Shown here: positions 41,162 through 48,357 of the stretch, piece after piece
Numbering within the stretch: position 1 is the first letter of the stretch
Layout of the letters: each line of letters opens with the position of its first letter
Assembly: GCA_021825655.1 (NCBI GenBank)
Contig: JAKAGU010000001.1
Span: forward strand, 1-48,357
Direction of reading: 5' to 3'
Length of the DNA: 48,357 nucleotides
DNA from: a bacterium
Lineage (GTDB): Bacteria > Patescibacteriota > Doudnabacteria > UBA920
Program-made: the position numbers and the translations under genes
The notes under the pieces: model-generated
The model's input: only the letters and a program-made list of their open reading frames with translations
The model's database searches: none
Told to the model about the DNA's origin: nothing

Positions 41162-41698
41162 ATGCGCCGCCTTTTCCCCAGCCAGCAAGACGAAGAAAAA
41201 ATTTTTTTGGTCATTCACGAACACTGGTTTCATCTTTTTTTAAAAGTTGTGGTTTGGTTTATTTTTGCCGCTGCGCTCCTGGCTTTTAACCGGTACGCGC
41301 CCGAATACCTCCCCATGCTGTTTGAGGACACGGCCGGGTCAGTCACCCGCCTGTTCACCCAGGTTTACACTCTGTTTTTAACCTTAAGTATTTTTATTAT
41401 CTGGCTGTCCTACTACCTTAACCTGCAGGTTATTACAGACCGCCGGATTGTGGACGTGCACCAAGAGGGCTTGTTTTCCCATACTGTATCCGAACTCCAC
41501 ATAGAAAACATCGAGGACGTCACCAGCGACACCAAGGGCCTGTTTGGCACTCTGTTCAACTACGGCATGGTGTACGTGCAGACCGCTGCCAGCATCGAGC
41601 GCTTTGAGTTTGACAACGTGCCCAACCCGGCAGCGATTGAAAAGCTGATTTTGGACCTGTATGAAAAAAATCCCCACGGCGGACTGCACCAGGGGTAA
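41162..41698 (+). CDS. Membrane-flanked bacterial PH-domain protein (bPH_2)
   Basis: Two TMs then VITDRRIVD..QEGLF..IEDVT..FNYG.V.VQTA. Confidence 0.85.
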   Translation: MRRLFPSQQDEEKIFLVIHEHWFHLFLKVVVWFIFAAALLAFNRYAPEYLPMLFEDTAGSVTRLFTQVYTLFLTLSIFIIWLSYYLNLQVITDRRIVDVHQEGLFSHTVSELHIENIEDVTSDTKGLFGTLFNYGMVYVQTAASIERFEFDNVPNPAAIEKLILDLYEKNPHGGLHQG

Positions 41699-41761
41699 GC
41701 CGCTTCATCCCCCGCTTTTTTCCAGGCGGGGTGTTTATTTTTAATCTCCCAAACCACTTTC

Positions 41762-42826
41762 ATGTTTGCACTTCTTATGGCCGGAGGGCAGGGCACGCGC
41801 CTCTGGCCCGTATCCCGCAAAGCCAAACCTAAGCAGCTATTAAAGCTTATTGAGAACAAAACCCTGCTGGAAGCCACCTACCACCGGCTCCTGCACGGCT
41901 TTGCGCCAAAAGAAATTTTTATTGCCACCACGGCGGATTACGAGAGGCACATAAAAAAACAGCTCCCGGAAATCCCAAAAACCAACTACTCCATTGAGCC
42001 GGTATTAAAAGACCGCGGCCCAGCCTTAGGCTTGGCAGCCCTGCTCATGCACCACGCAAATCGGCAAAGCGCCTTTGTCACCTCCTGGAGCGACCACTAC
42101 ATAAAAGACCAGGCCGCGTACTTTAAAACCCTGGATTTGGCGGAACAGGTTTTAAAAACCCACCCTAACAGCTTCATTACCATTGGCGTAAAACCCGCCC
42201 ATGCCCACACCGGCTTGGGCTACATTAAGCTGGCCGGCCAGCTGGGACACAAGGCCTTCAAAGTTTCGGCTTTTAAGGAAAAACCCGACCTGAAAACAGC
42301 GGAAAAATTTGTTAAAAGTAAAAAATACTTATGGAATACCGGCTACTTTATTTGCCGCACTGAACACCTGCTGGAGCTTTATGCCGAACACCTGCCCGAA
42401 ATCTATGCCCTGTTGATGAAAATCAAGCCCTTTATCGGTAGCAAGAAGCAACAGTGGGCCATCGACAAATATTATCCGGCCATGCCAAAACAGGATATTG
42501 AAAAAGGTTTGATTGAAAAACTTAACCAGGTGGCCGTTATTGAAGCGAGTTTTGACTGGGCGGACATCGGCAGCTGGCAAATTATCAAAGACGTGCTTTC
42601 GGAAAAAAACGACAACTTAATCAAGGGCCTGGCCTTGCACCACAAAGCCGAGGGCAGCCTGATTTATAACTTCGAAAACAAGCTGGTGGCCGTAACCGGA
42701 CTCAAGGATATTATTGTGGTCAACACCAAGGATGCCTTGCTGATTGCCCCCAAAAATCAAAGCGAAGCGGTTAAGGAATTGATTGAAAAAATCAAAAGCG
42801 AGCCTAATTTGAAAAAATACCTCTAA
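41762..42826 (+). CDS. manC: Mannose-1-phosphate guanylyltransferase
   Basis: MAGGQGTRLWPVSR..PKQ, SDH, FKEKP, WNTG, WADIGSW. Confidence 0.92.
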   Translation: MFALLMAGGQGTRLWPVSRKAKPKQLLKLIENKTLLEATYHRLLHGFAPKEIFIATTADYERHIKKQLPEIPKTNYSIEPVLKDRGPALGLAALLMHHANRQSAFVTSWSDHYIKDQAAYFKTLDLAEQVLKTHPNSFITIGVKPAHAHTGLGYIKLAGQLGHKAFKVSAFKEKPDLKTAEKFVKSKKYLWNTGYFICRTEHLLELYAEHLPEIYALLMKIKPFIGSKKQQWAIDKYYPAMPKQDIEKGLIEKLNQVAVIEASFDWADIGSWQIIKDVLSEKNDNLIKGLALHHKAEGSLIYNFENKLVAVTGLKDIIVVNTKDALLIAPKNQSEAVKELIEKIKSEPNLKKYL

Positions 42827-42837
42827 ATAATAAAAGC

Positions 42838-42870
42838 AGCCGGTATGGAAAATTCCATACCGGCTTTTTT
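42838..42870. terminator. Bidirectional terminator
   Basis: agccggtatggaa/ttccataccggct followed by tttt. Confidence 0.85.
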
Positions 42871-43444
42871 AGAGCAGCCACCGTAACCCGACCAGCGGCG
42901 TGAGGGAGCCGCTTTTCCAGAGCGGGGCAAACCACAGCTTAAACGGGGTGTGGGGCAGCGCCAGCTCAAGCTTGGGTCCGGTCCCTTTAGCGGCTTCAGT
43001 CAGCGTACCAAGGCCAAGCTTGGCTGTAACCTGGCAGTTGGTTTCCACTTTATACCAGAAACCGCTGCCGCCGTCTTCGAACACCGCGAGACCGGAAACC
43101 CGGCCCTTGCCAACCCACACGTAAGAGCCGATACGGGCCGGATGCTTGTCCTCCTCCAGTCCGCCGCCCAGGGCAAGCTGCACCCAAGGCTGCGGGCTAT
43201 AGGTTGCACCCGCGTATGCCTGGCTATAGCCTTGCTGCACCTGGAACCAGACAAAACTGCCCAAGCTGCCCTTTACCGGCTTGGTGAGCAGGCCGTCAAT
43301 CCGGGGAGTTGCGTTGCCGCCGGAAAAATAAGTGCGCTCTTCCACCCAATTTTGGCCAAATGCCAATCCTGCCAAGAGCAGCGTAAATGCGGCCAGTTCC
43401 CCAACCGTCAACGCCAACCGAGCTTTCAGTGACTGTTTTACCAT
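42869..43444 (-). CDS. Secreted beta-barrel-like protein 3
   Basis: Signal peptide ..FTLLLAGLAFG/Q; alternating strands (YAGATY, VQLALGGG, IGSYVWV, FWYKVE); C-terminal LVGLRW; SD AAGGAGG. Confidence 0.7.
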   Translation of the reverse strand: MVKQSLKARLALTVGELAAFTLLLAGLAFGQNWVEERTYFSGGNATPRIDGLLTKPVKGSLGSFVWFQVQQGYSQAYAGATYSPQPWVQLALGGGLEEDKHPARIGSYVWVGKGRVSGLAVFEDGGSGFWYKVETNCQVTAKLGLGTLTEAAKGTGPKLELALPHTPFKLWFAPLWKSGSLTPLVGLRWLL

Positions 43445-43626
43445 CTTAATCCTCCTTTGCGTTGTGAACCCCGCCAGGTGTTTTTGTTTTGACCAATAAC
43501 AATAACCTAAAATCTACAAATTGTCAATACTTTTATAACAACATATTATAAAAATAGATAAATTTGGCTTTATTTATGAAATAAAATTGTGTTGACAAAA
43601 CTTCAACAACATGCTATCATTTAGGT
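43445..43626. promoter_or_regulatory. Divergent promoters with paired operators (barrel / TrmB module 2)
   Basis: -: TTGACA 43527-17-TATTGT 43504; +: TTGACA 43592-17-TATCAT 43615; TGTCAA-N7-ATAACA (43522-43540) and TGTTGA-N7-TCAACA (43590-43608). Confidence 0.72.
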
Positions 43627-44397
43627 ATGGTAAATGATTTGCTCAGCCAATTAGGTTTTGGCGAAAAAGAAATCAAAGTGTATTTGGCTTTGCTTCAGCA
43701 CGGCAAACTCTCCCCCGCCTCATTGGCCAAGTTAACCAGCCTGAACCGCACCACTATTTACAGCACGGCCAAAGAACTGGCCCAGAAAGGGGTTATTGCC
43801 GAAGACTTGGGAGGGAAAACTTTGTATTTGGTGGCCAAAGACCCGCGTGATTTGGATTACCTGGCCCAAAAAGAAGAAAAACAGCTGCGGGAAAAACGGG
43901 CCATTATAAAAAACGCGGTTATAGAGCTGCAGGCCATTGCCAAACCTACCCAGTACACTATCCCCAAAATTGTCTTCGTGGCTCAAGATGAAGTAGAAAA
44001 CCATTTATATAAAGCCACTCCCCGGTGGGACGCAAGCATTTTAAAGTACGACGGAACTTGGTGGGGCTACCAGGACCACACCTTTGTTGACTCGTATGAA
44101 AAATGGATCGACTGGTACTGGGAAACCGGCTCAAACCCCAAAACCTCGCTCAAACTTTTAAGCAACGAGACGGCCGAGCAGATAAAAAAGAAAAAGTTTG
44201 AACGAAGGCAAATTCAATTTTGGAAAGAAAGCCACAATTTTAAAACTACCACCTGGATACTGGGCGACTATGTGGTAATGATTGTCACGAACCAAAAACC
44301 GCACTACTTGGTGGAAATCCACGACGCAGTGCTCGCCCATGACCAAAGAGAAATATTTAAGGCCATATGGAAATCCCAAATCGAAAAACCTGTCTAA
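43627..44397 (+). CDS. TrmB-family transcriptional regulator
   Basis: GFGEKEIKVYLALL..G...LAK.T.LNRTTIY..KG; leaderless start. Confidence 0.9.
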   Translation: MVNDLLSQLGFGEKEIKVYLALLQHGKLSPASLAKLTSLNRTTIYSTAKELAQKGVIAEDLGGKTLYLVAKDPRDLDYLAQKEEKQLREKRAIIKNAVIELQAIAKPTQYTIPKIVFVAQDEVENHLYKATPRWDASILKYDGTWWGYQDHTFVDSYEKWIDWYWETGSNPKTSLKLLSNETAEQIKKKKFERRQIQFWKESHNFKTTTWILGDYVVMIVTNQKPHYLVEIHDAVLAHDQREIFKAIWKSQIEKPV

Positions 44398-44406
44398 CTT
44401 GGCCCC

Positions 44407-44429
44407 ACCTCCCAATCGGGAGGTTTTTT
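44407..44429 (+). terminator. Intrinsic terminator
   Basis: acctccc-aatc-gggaggt plus T-tract. Confidence 0.82.
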
Positions 44430-44501
44430 GTTGACAGCACGCGCAGATTTTGTAAAATAAATTCCTGTTTAACCCCACTGCCCCCAAAGGAGGATTGTTA
44501 A

Positions 44502-44756
44502 TTGAAAAAGCAGCTCTGTGGCGGAGAAACCTGCCGCAACCCGCAACACCAGGCCATCGGCAACTTGCCTACCAACACGCTCTTTGTGGCCCGTCTGGAT
44601 GGCGATACCGCAACCCGCACTTTTTCCAAGGCCGTCGGCCATCGGATTTTTGCGGTCGGGACTGAAACAACTACGCTCACCAAACAAAAACGGCCAGTTA
44701 TTGAAGGCAGCACCATCAGCATCTGTCGGGTTACGGAGTACTTCCCCGCTGAGTAG
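44502..44756 (+). CDS. Hypothetical 84-aa protein
   Basis: TTG start after AAGGAGG; promoter TTGACA-16-TAAAAT at 44431. Confidence 0.55.
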   Translation: MKKQLCGGETCRNPQHQAIGNLPTNTLFVARLDGDTATRTFSKAVGHRIFAVGTETTTLTKQKRPVIEGSTISICRVTEYFPAE

Positions 44757-44829
44757 CCGCCTTGCTACGGCCTGGACAAAAAATCGGGCCTGTGGTATTT
44801 TTTAGGGTCCGACAAAGAAAGGGGGAAGC

Positions 44830-45003
44830 ATGTCGGAAAACACCCGGCCGGGAAAACCTGGCTTTAGCAAACCCCACTACCAAAAGAAGGAGCGCGCCAG
44901 CCTGAAGGAGTGGCTTGCAATCGCCGCGGGATTCATTGCGGCCTGGGCGCTGATTATTTGGGGTCTTATCTGGGCTTACCACAAATGGCTCAAACAACCC
45001 TGA
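44830..45003 (+). CDS. Small single-TM protein, 57 aa (not in ORF track)
   Basis: MSENTRPGKPGFSKPHYQKKERASLKEWLAIAAGFIAAWALIIWGLIWAYHKWLKQP; AAGGGGG SD. Confidence 0.7.
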   Translation: MSENTRPGKPGFSKPHYQKKERASLKEWLAIAAGFIAAWALIIWGLIWAYHKWLKQP

Positions 45004-45021
45004 AAGGAAGGAGGAAACACC

Positions 45022-45144
45022 ATGCCGCAGAGTTTGTTCGGCGATGACGGCCCCAGACAGACCGGCAAATCGCCGGTAGCCAAGATCGTCATCGGCCTGC
45101 TCATCGTGCTCGTGGTCATCGGCTATTTTCTTCTCAAGAAGTAG
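45022..45144 (+). CDS. Small single-TM protein, 40 aa (not in ORF track)
   Basis: MPQSLFGDDGPRQTGKSPVAKIVIGLLIVLVVIGYFLLKK; AAGGAGG SD. Confidence 0.75.
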   Translation: MPQSLFGDDGPRQTGKSPVAKIVIGLLIVLVVIGYFLLKK

Positions 45145-45169
45145 CCTGCTACCAACCTACAACCAGGCC

Positions 45170-45230
45170 GGCCCCGCCTGGAACCATTCGCAACCGGAGG
45201 TTTGCGCAACATGGTTTAAAGGGGCTTTTT
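45170..45230 (+). terminator. Long terminator hairpin
   Basis: gcccc..aacca..cgcaa / ttgcg..tggtt..ggggc plus T5. Confidence 0.65.
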
Positions 45231-45252
45231 CATTTGCTATAATAGTTTCACT

Positions 45253-45792
45253 ATGACTCAAGCTTTAGAAACTGCATATTTTGGCTCTGGCTGCTTTTGG
45301 TGCACGGAGGCTGTCTTTAAAAATTTAAAAGGTGTCGTTTCGGTCGTCTCCGGCTATGGCGGCGGCAAGGTGGAAAACCCCAGCTACGAAGCTGTCTGTT
45401 CCGGTCAAACGGGCCACGCCGAATGCACCAAGGTTGAATTCGACCCAAAAATCATACCTTACGGAAAATTGGTAGAAGTATTTTTCCTTACCCATGACCC
45501 CACCACCTTAAACCGGCAGGGCAACGACGTGGGCGAACAATACCGGAGCGTTATTTTTTACTTAACCCCCGGGCAAAAATCGCAGGCAGAAAAGGTTAAG
45601 GACGAAATTGAAAAAGAAAATATCTACAAATCCCCGATTGTAACCCAAATTGAACCTTTTAAAAACTTTTTTTCTGCGGAAAACTACCACCAAAACTACT
45701 TTGCCAATAACCCCAACGCGCCTTATTGTCAGGTGGTAATCAACCCCAAGATTGCCAAGTTCAGGCAAAAATTCGCAGCCTACCTGAAATAA
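45253..45792 (+). CDS. msrA: Peptide-methionine (S)-S-oxide reductase
   Basis: GCFWCTE, GHAE, HDPT..RQGND.G.QYRS, AENYHQ. Confidence 0.96.
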   Translation: MTQALETAYFGSGCFWCTEAVFKNLKGVVSVVSGYGGGKVENPSYEAVCSGQTGHAECTKVEFDPKIIPYGKLVEVFFLTHDPTTLNRQGNDVGEQYRSVIFYLTPGQKSQAEKVKDEIEKENIYKSPIVTQIEPFKNFFSAENYHQNYFANNPNAPYCQVVINPKIAKFRQKFAAYLK

Positions 45793-45806
45793 GCACATCA
45801 AACATA

Positions 45807-45829
45807 AAACCGCCCCAAGGGGCGGTTTT
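45807..45829. terminator. Bidirectional terminator
   Basis: aaaaccgcccc/ggggcggtttt. Confidence 0.85.
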
Positions 45830-45832
45830 ATG

Positions 45833-46150
45833 TTACCGGATCTGCCAGCGATACCTCTTCATATCCAGTACAAAACCAGCGCCCATTTCCAACCCGTCCT
45901 TTTCCAAAAACGCACGTTGCTCGATTTTTGTGGCAATCGGGTTGCCTTTAATGGAAAGCTCGCCTTTTTGGTTAACCACGCGCCACCAGGGAACAGGCTG
46001 GTCCTTAGGACCCAGGCTGCGAAGCACCCAGCCCACTTGCCGGGCTGCGCGCGGGCTGCCCAATGCGGCGGCAACCTGACCGTAACTGACCACCCGGCCC
46101 TTGGGGATTTTACTGACTAGTTTTAAAACTTCTTCCTTAAATCCGTTCAT
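45833..46150 (-). CDS. MGMT-family alkyltransferase-like protein (ATL, no catalytic Cys)
   Basis: IPKGRVVSYGQVA..AARQVG..VPWWRVV (PCHR replaced by PWWR). Confidence 0.88.
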   Translation of the reverse strand: MNGFKEEVLKLVSKIPKGRVVSYGQVAAALGSPRAARQVGWVLRSLGPKDQPVPWWRVVNQKGELSIKGNPIATKIEQRAFLEKDGLEMGAGFVLDMKRYRWQIR

Positions 46151-46694
46151 GGTTTTTTAGCTCCTTGCGGCAGATTTTATAATTGGGAATCGCCAAGGAA
46201 ACCAGCGTCCAAAATTTTGCGGAATGGTTAAATTCTTGCAAATGGCAAAGTTCGTGCACCACCAGGTAATCCACCAGGTAATCCGGCAGATAAAGAATTT
46301 GGTAATTAAAATTCAAATTGCGCTTGCGGCTGCAGCTGCCCCAGCGGGTTGATTGGTTTTTAACGCTGACTCGATTATAAAAAAAGTTATACCTCTGATT
46401 CCAGAGTACCACTTTTTGCTTGGCTAAAACCAAAGCTGCAGCTTTCTGGTTCAGGTATTCTTTTCTGGACGCTTTCCGGATGGGGGCCGGGTGGTGGTTT
46501 TTAAAAAAATCCAATTTTTTGATTACCCAAGAAATTTTCTGCTGAAGGAAGTCTTCTATCCGTCCCACTTCAAAACCCAAAGGTGCGGTCACCACCACGT
46601 CTCCGGTGTAATATACCGCCAAACGCAAATTCCGCGCCCGCCGGCTGTGTTTTAATTTATAAGCAACGTTTTGCTTATCGGTCTTAAAAATCAT
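46137..46694 (-). CDS. YgjP/DUF45 (M48-like) metalloprotein
   Basis: RWGSCS, HELCH, NHS.KFW. Confidence 0.88.
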   Translation of the reverse strand: MIFKTDKQNVAYKLKHSRRARNLRLAVYYTGDVVVTAPLGFEVGRIEDFLQQKISWVIKKLDFFKNHHPAPIRKASRKEYLNQKAAALVLAKQKVVLWNQRYNFFYNRVSVKNQSTRWGSCSRKRNLNFNYQILYLPDYLVDYLVVHELCHLQEFNHSAKFWTLVSLAIPNYKICRKELKNHERI

Positions 46695-46696
46695 AC

Positions 46697-47206
46697 CTAA
46701 GTCCTACGGCTGTCATAAGCCCAGTGCAACAATACCTGACGTTGCCGAGGCCGGCAGCTGCAATCCCCGGGCCGGCAGTGCTTCTTTATCTGAGCAAGGT
46801 GACGTTTAATATTCCTCCAACGCTTAATTTGAACTTGGTCGTAATCAGGCATCCGTCGCCCTAGGTAATACCGACAGTACCATTGAAACCACCCGCGGGG
46901 GTCGACCGGATGAACCCAGCCTTTTTTCCGCCAAGCTTTCAGGGACTGGCTAGCATCAACCTTAAAATAATTAAGTTGGATGTCTTTCTTACCCGGCGAC
47001 AATTTGGCCTTCTTAAACCAAACTGCCGGAAACTCTGCCCGACAATCAGTGAGGTACTTGCCGCCAAATACCCCCAGCTCAAGCATTTGTCTGGGGGTGA
47101 GCTGGGGCTTAAAGTCCGGAGAAAACCTTTTGCCCACCGGAGCCACCAGCTGGTACTTGTAATTGTGCTGCAGCTTGTCGTTGACCAAAATAAACCGCGG
47201 GCTCAT
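46697..47206 (-). CDS. Conserved hypothetical protein (PRGWFQWYCRY family)
   Basis: LTP..ML.LGVFGGKY, DPRGWFQWYCRYY.GRR, RQ.LLHWAYD. Confidence 0.8.
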   Translation of the reverse strand: MSPRFILVNDKLQHNYKYQLVAPVGKRFSPDFKPQLTPRQMLELGVFGGKYLTDCRAEFPAVWFKKAKLSPGKKDIQLNYFKVDASQSLKAWRKKGWVHPVDPRGWFQWYCRYYLGRRMPDYDQVQIKRWRNIKRHLAQIKKHCRPGDCSCRPRQRQVLLHWAYDSRRT

Positions 47207-47418
47207 AAGCTTTCCAAAGTGGCTTTACTTAAAATGTTTTGCACCCGGCCCACCTGCCCGTCCTCCAGCCGCACTTTAATGCCGTGGGGATGGAAAGCGG
47301 AACTGGTTAAAAGCTCTGCCACCTTGCCGCGCGTCAGGCGGCCGCTTTTCTGGTCGGCTTTTAACACAACCTCCACCTCAGCGCCAATTTTAATATCTTC
47401 ACGATGTTGTCCGTTCAT
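47203..47418 (-). CDS. YwbE / DUF2196 family protein
   Basis: VLKADQKSG.LT.G...HPHGIKVRL.DGQVGRV. Confidence 0.88.
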   Translation of the reverse strand: MNGQHREDIKIGAEVEVVLKADQKSGRLTRGKVAELLTSSAFHPHGIKVRLEDGQVGRVQNILSKATLESL

Positions 47419-47486
47419 ACCTATATTATACCATCCTTAATTTAAAAGCCGCCTGCCAAAAGGCAGACGGCAAGACAGGGGTTGGA

Positions 47487-47711
47487 TTAAACGTTGTCCG
47501 CAGTTTTCTCCCACACGTCCTCGAACATCTGGTTCCACTTGCTGTTATCCTCTGGCGACATGGTCTTCATCTGCTCAGCCACTTTCATGTGGTCTGGGTC
47601 TGTGGAGGCCATAACGTGCTGAGCCCCCTGGTCCATGACTGATTTCGGCGTACTGCCGGTGAAAGCCATGTCGCAAGGCCCGCCCGTCTGCCTGCATGTG
47701 ATTGTTTTCAT
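47487..47711 (-). CDS. DUF1059-like small metal-binding protein
   Basis: MKTITC..GGPCD...H..DPDH. Confidence 0.75.
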   Translation of the reverse strand: MKTITCRQTGGPCDMAFTGSTPKSVMDQGAQHVMASTDPDHMKVAEQMKTMSPEDNSKWNQMFEDVWEKTADNV

Positions 47712-47772
47712 ATGCTTTGAAGGTTAATAATCAGTACTAAAAGTTTATAAAAGCTTGAACGCAAAGTCAAAA

Positions 47773-47949
47773 CTACCTGTGTGCCATACCTTCCTCTTCG
47801 GCTTTAATTGCTTTCAGTTGTTTTTGGGCAACTGCAACTATGGCTTCAAGTCGATGGTGGTTTTCTTGGGGCGCTTTAAGCACAGCCTCGGCGTCGTACA
47901 CGATAGTTTGTAAAGCTTCTTTTAACCTAAACATGACTTCTTTATCCAT
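47773..47949 (-). CDS. Hypothetical small helical protein
   Basis: MDKEVMFRLKEALQ...; ATG 47949 preferred because the longer ORF overlaps the divergent promoter. Confidence 0.5.
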   Translation of the reverse strand: MDKEVMFRLKEALQTIVYDAEAVLKAPQENHHRLEAIVAVAQKQLKAIKAEEEGMAHR

Positions 47950-48041
47950 AAGTTTGATTTTAGTTAATCTAGCTTGAGTATAACTGAGTTGAACCAAACC
48001 GAACAGGAGCAAGAGAAGTAAAACTGCTTGAGTTTTAAGGG

Positions 48042-48158
48042 TTGACAAAATATAATACTTATGATATAATCTCATTACATTAATAACGACTCGGCACTCA
48101 TTTTTCAGCAATACACTTTCTGACCTTGAGAATTTCGGGTCAGAAATTTTTTTATCTC
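48042..48158 (+). promoter_or_regulatory. Consensus promoter and leader with terminator-like hairpin
   Basis: TTGACA 48042-17-TGaTATAAT 48065; tttctgacc/ggtcagaaa plus T7 at 48117-48153. Confidence 0.7.
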
Positions 48159-48357
48159 ATGCAGACGGACTCTTTTAACGGTTTGGGTATTGCGCCCAAA
48201 CTTTTGGAAATTTTGGATAAGCTGAAATTTACTGTTCCTACCCCGATTCAAAAACAGTCCATCCCCCACGCGCTGTCAGGCAAGGACTTAATGGGGATTG
48301 CCCAGACAGGTACGGGCAAAACCTTGGCTTTTGGCGTACCCATGATCCAGCGCCTGG
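48159..48357 (+). CDS. DEAD-box RNA helicase, N-terminal part; runs off window
   Basis: Hand translation [10 protein letters not shown]...PTPIQ...[18 protein letters not shown] (Q motif and motif I). Confidence 0.93.
   Translation, partial: MQTDSFNGLGIAPKLLEILDKLKFTVPTPIQKQSIPHALSGKDLMGIAQTGTGKTLAFGVPMIQRL

Overview
Chromosomal segment of a bacterium using genetic code 11. Gene content and style suggest Patescibacteria/CPR (Parcubacteria-like; this is an inference): N-domain-only TsaB, degenerate DHH protein, TM-anchored Clp ATPase, TrmB regulators, Cys-rich surface protein, orphan PilB and many leaderless genes. Core genes are rpoB-rpoC, engB, tsaB/tsaE, murE, a FemABX-family gene, ruvA/ruvB, uvrB, polA, rpsT, manC, msrA and a partial DEAD-box helicase. 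An AT-rich defence island (~8.2-12.3 kb) carries an AbrB-type regulator, GIY-YIG nuclease, EcoRI-family adenine MTase, DUF262-HNH nuclease and a DUF3800 protein with a downstream structured RNA. Three features stand out. (1) A ~420-nt + strand structured RNA between ruvA and uvrB has its own sigma70 promoter, six hairpin loops displaying UCC/UCCU (anti-Shine-Dalgarno-like) sequences, and a mutually exclusive terminator/antiterminator. (2) Two separate TrmB-regulator / signal-peptide beta-barrel-like gene modules have paired operators and a shared post-promoter motif, in an organism expected to lack an outer membrane. (3) Translation signals are split: housekeeping genes are leaderless or SD-less, while accessory secreted/membrane genes carry strong AAGGAGG-type SD sites. 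Together these may form an undescribed host-interaction system (hypothesis). No CRISPR array, tRNA, rRNA or transposase was seen.
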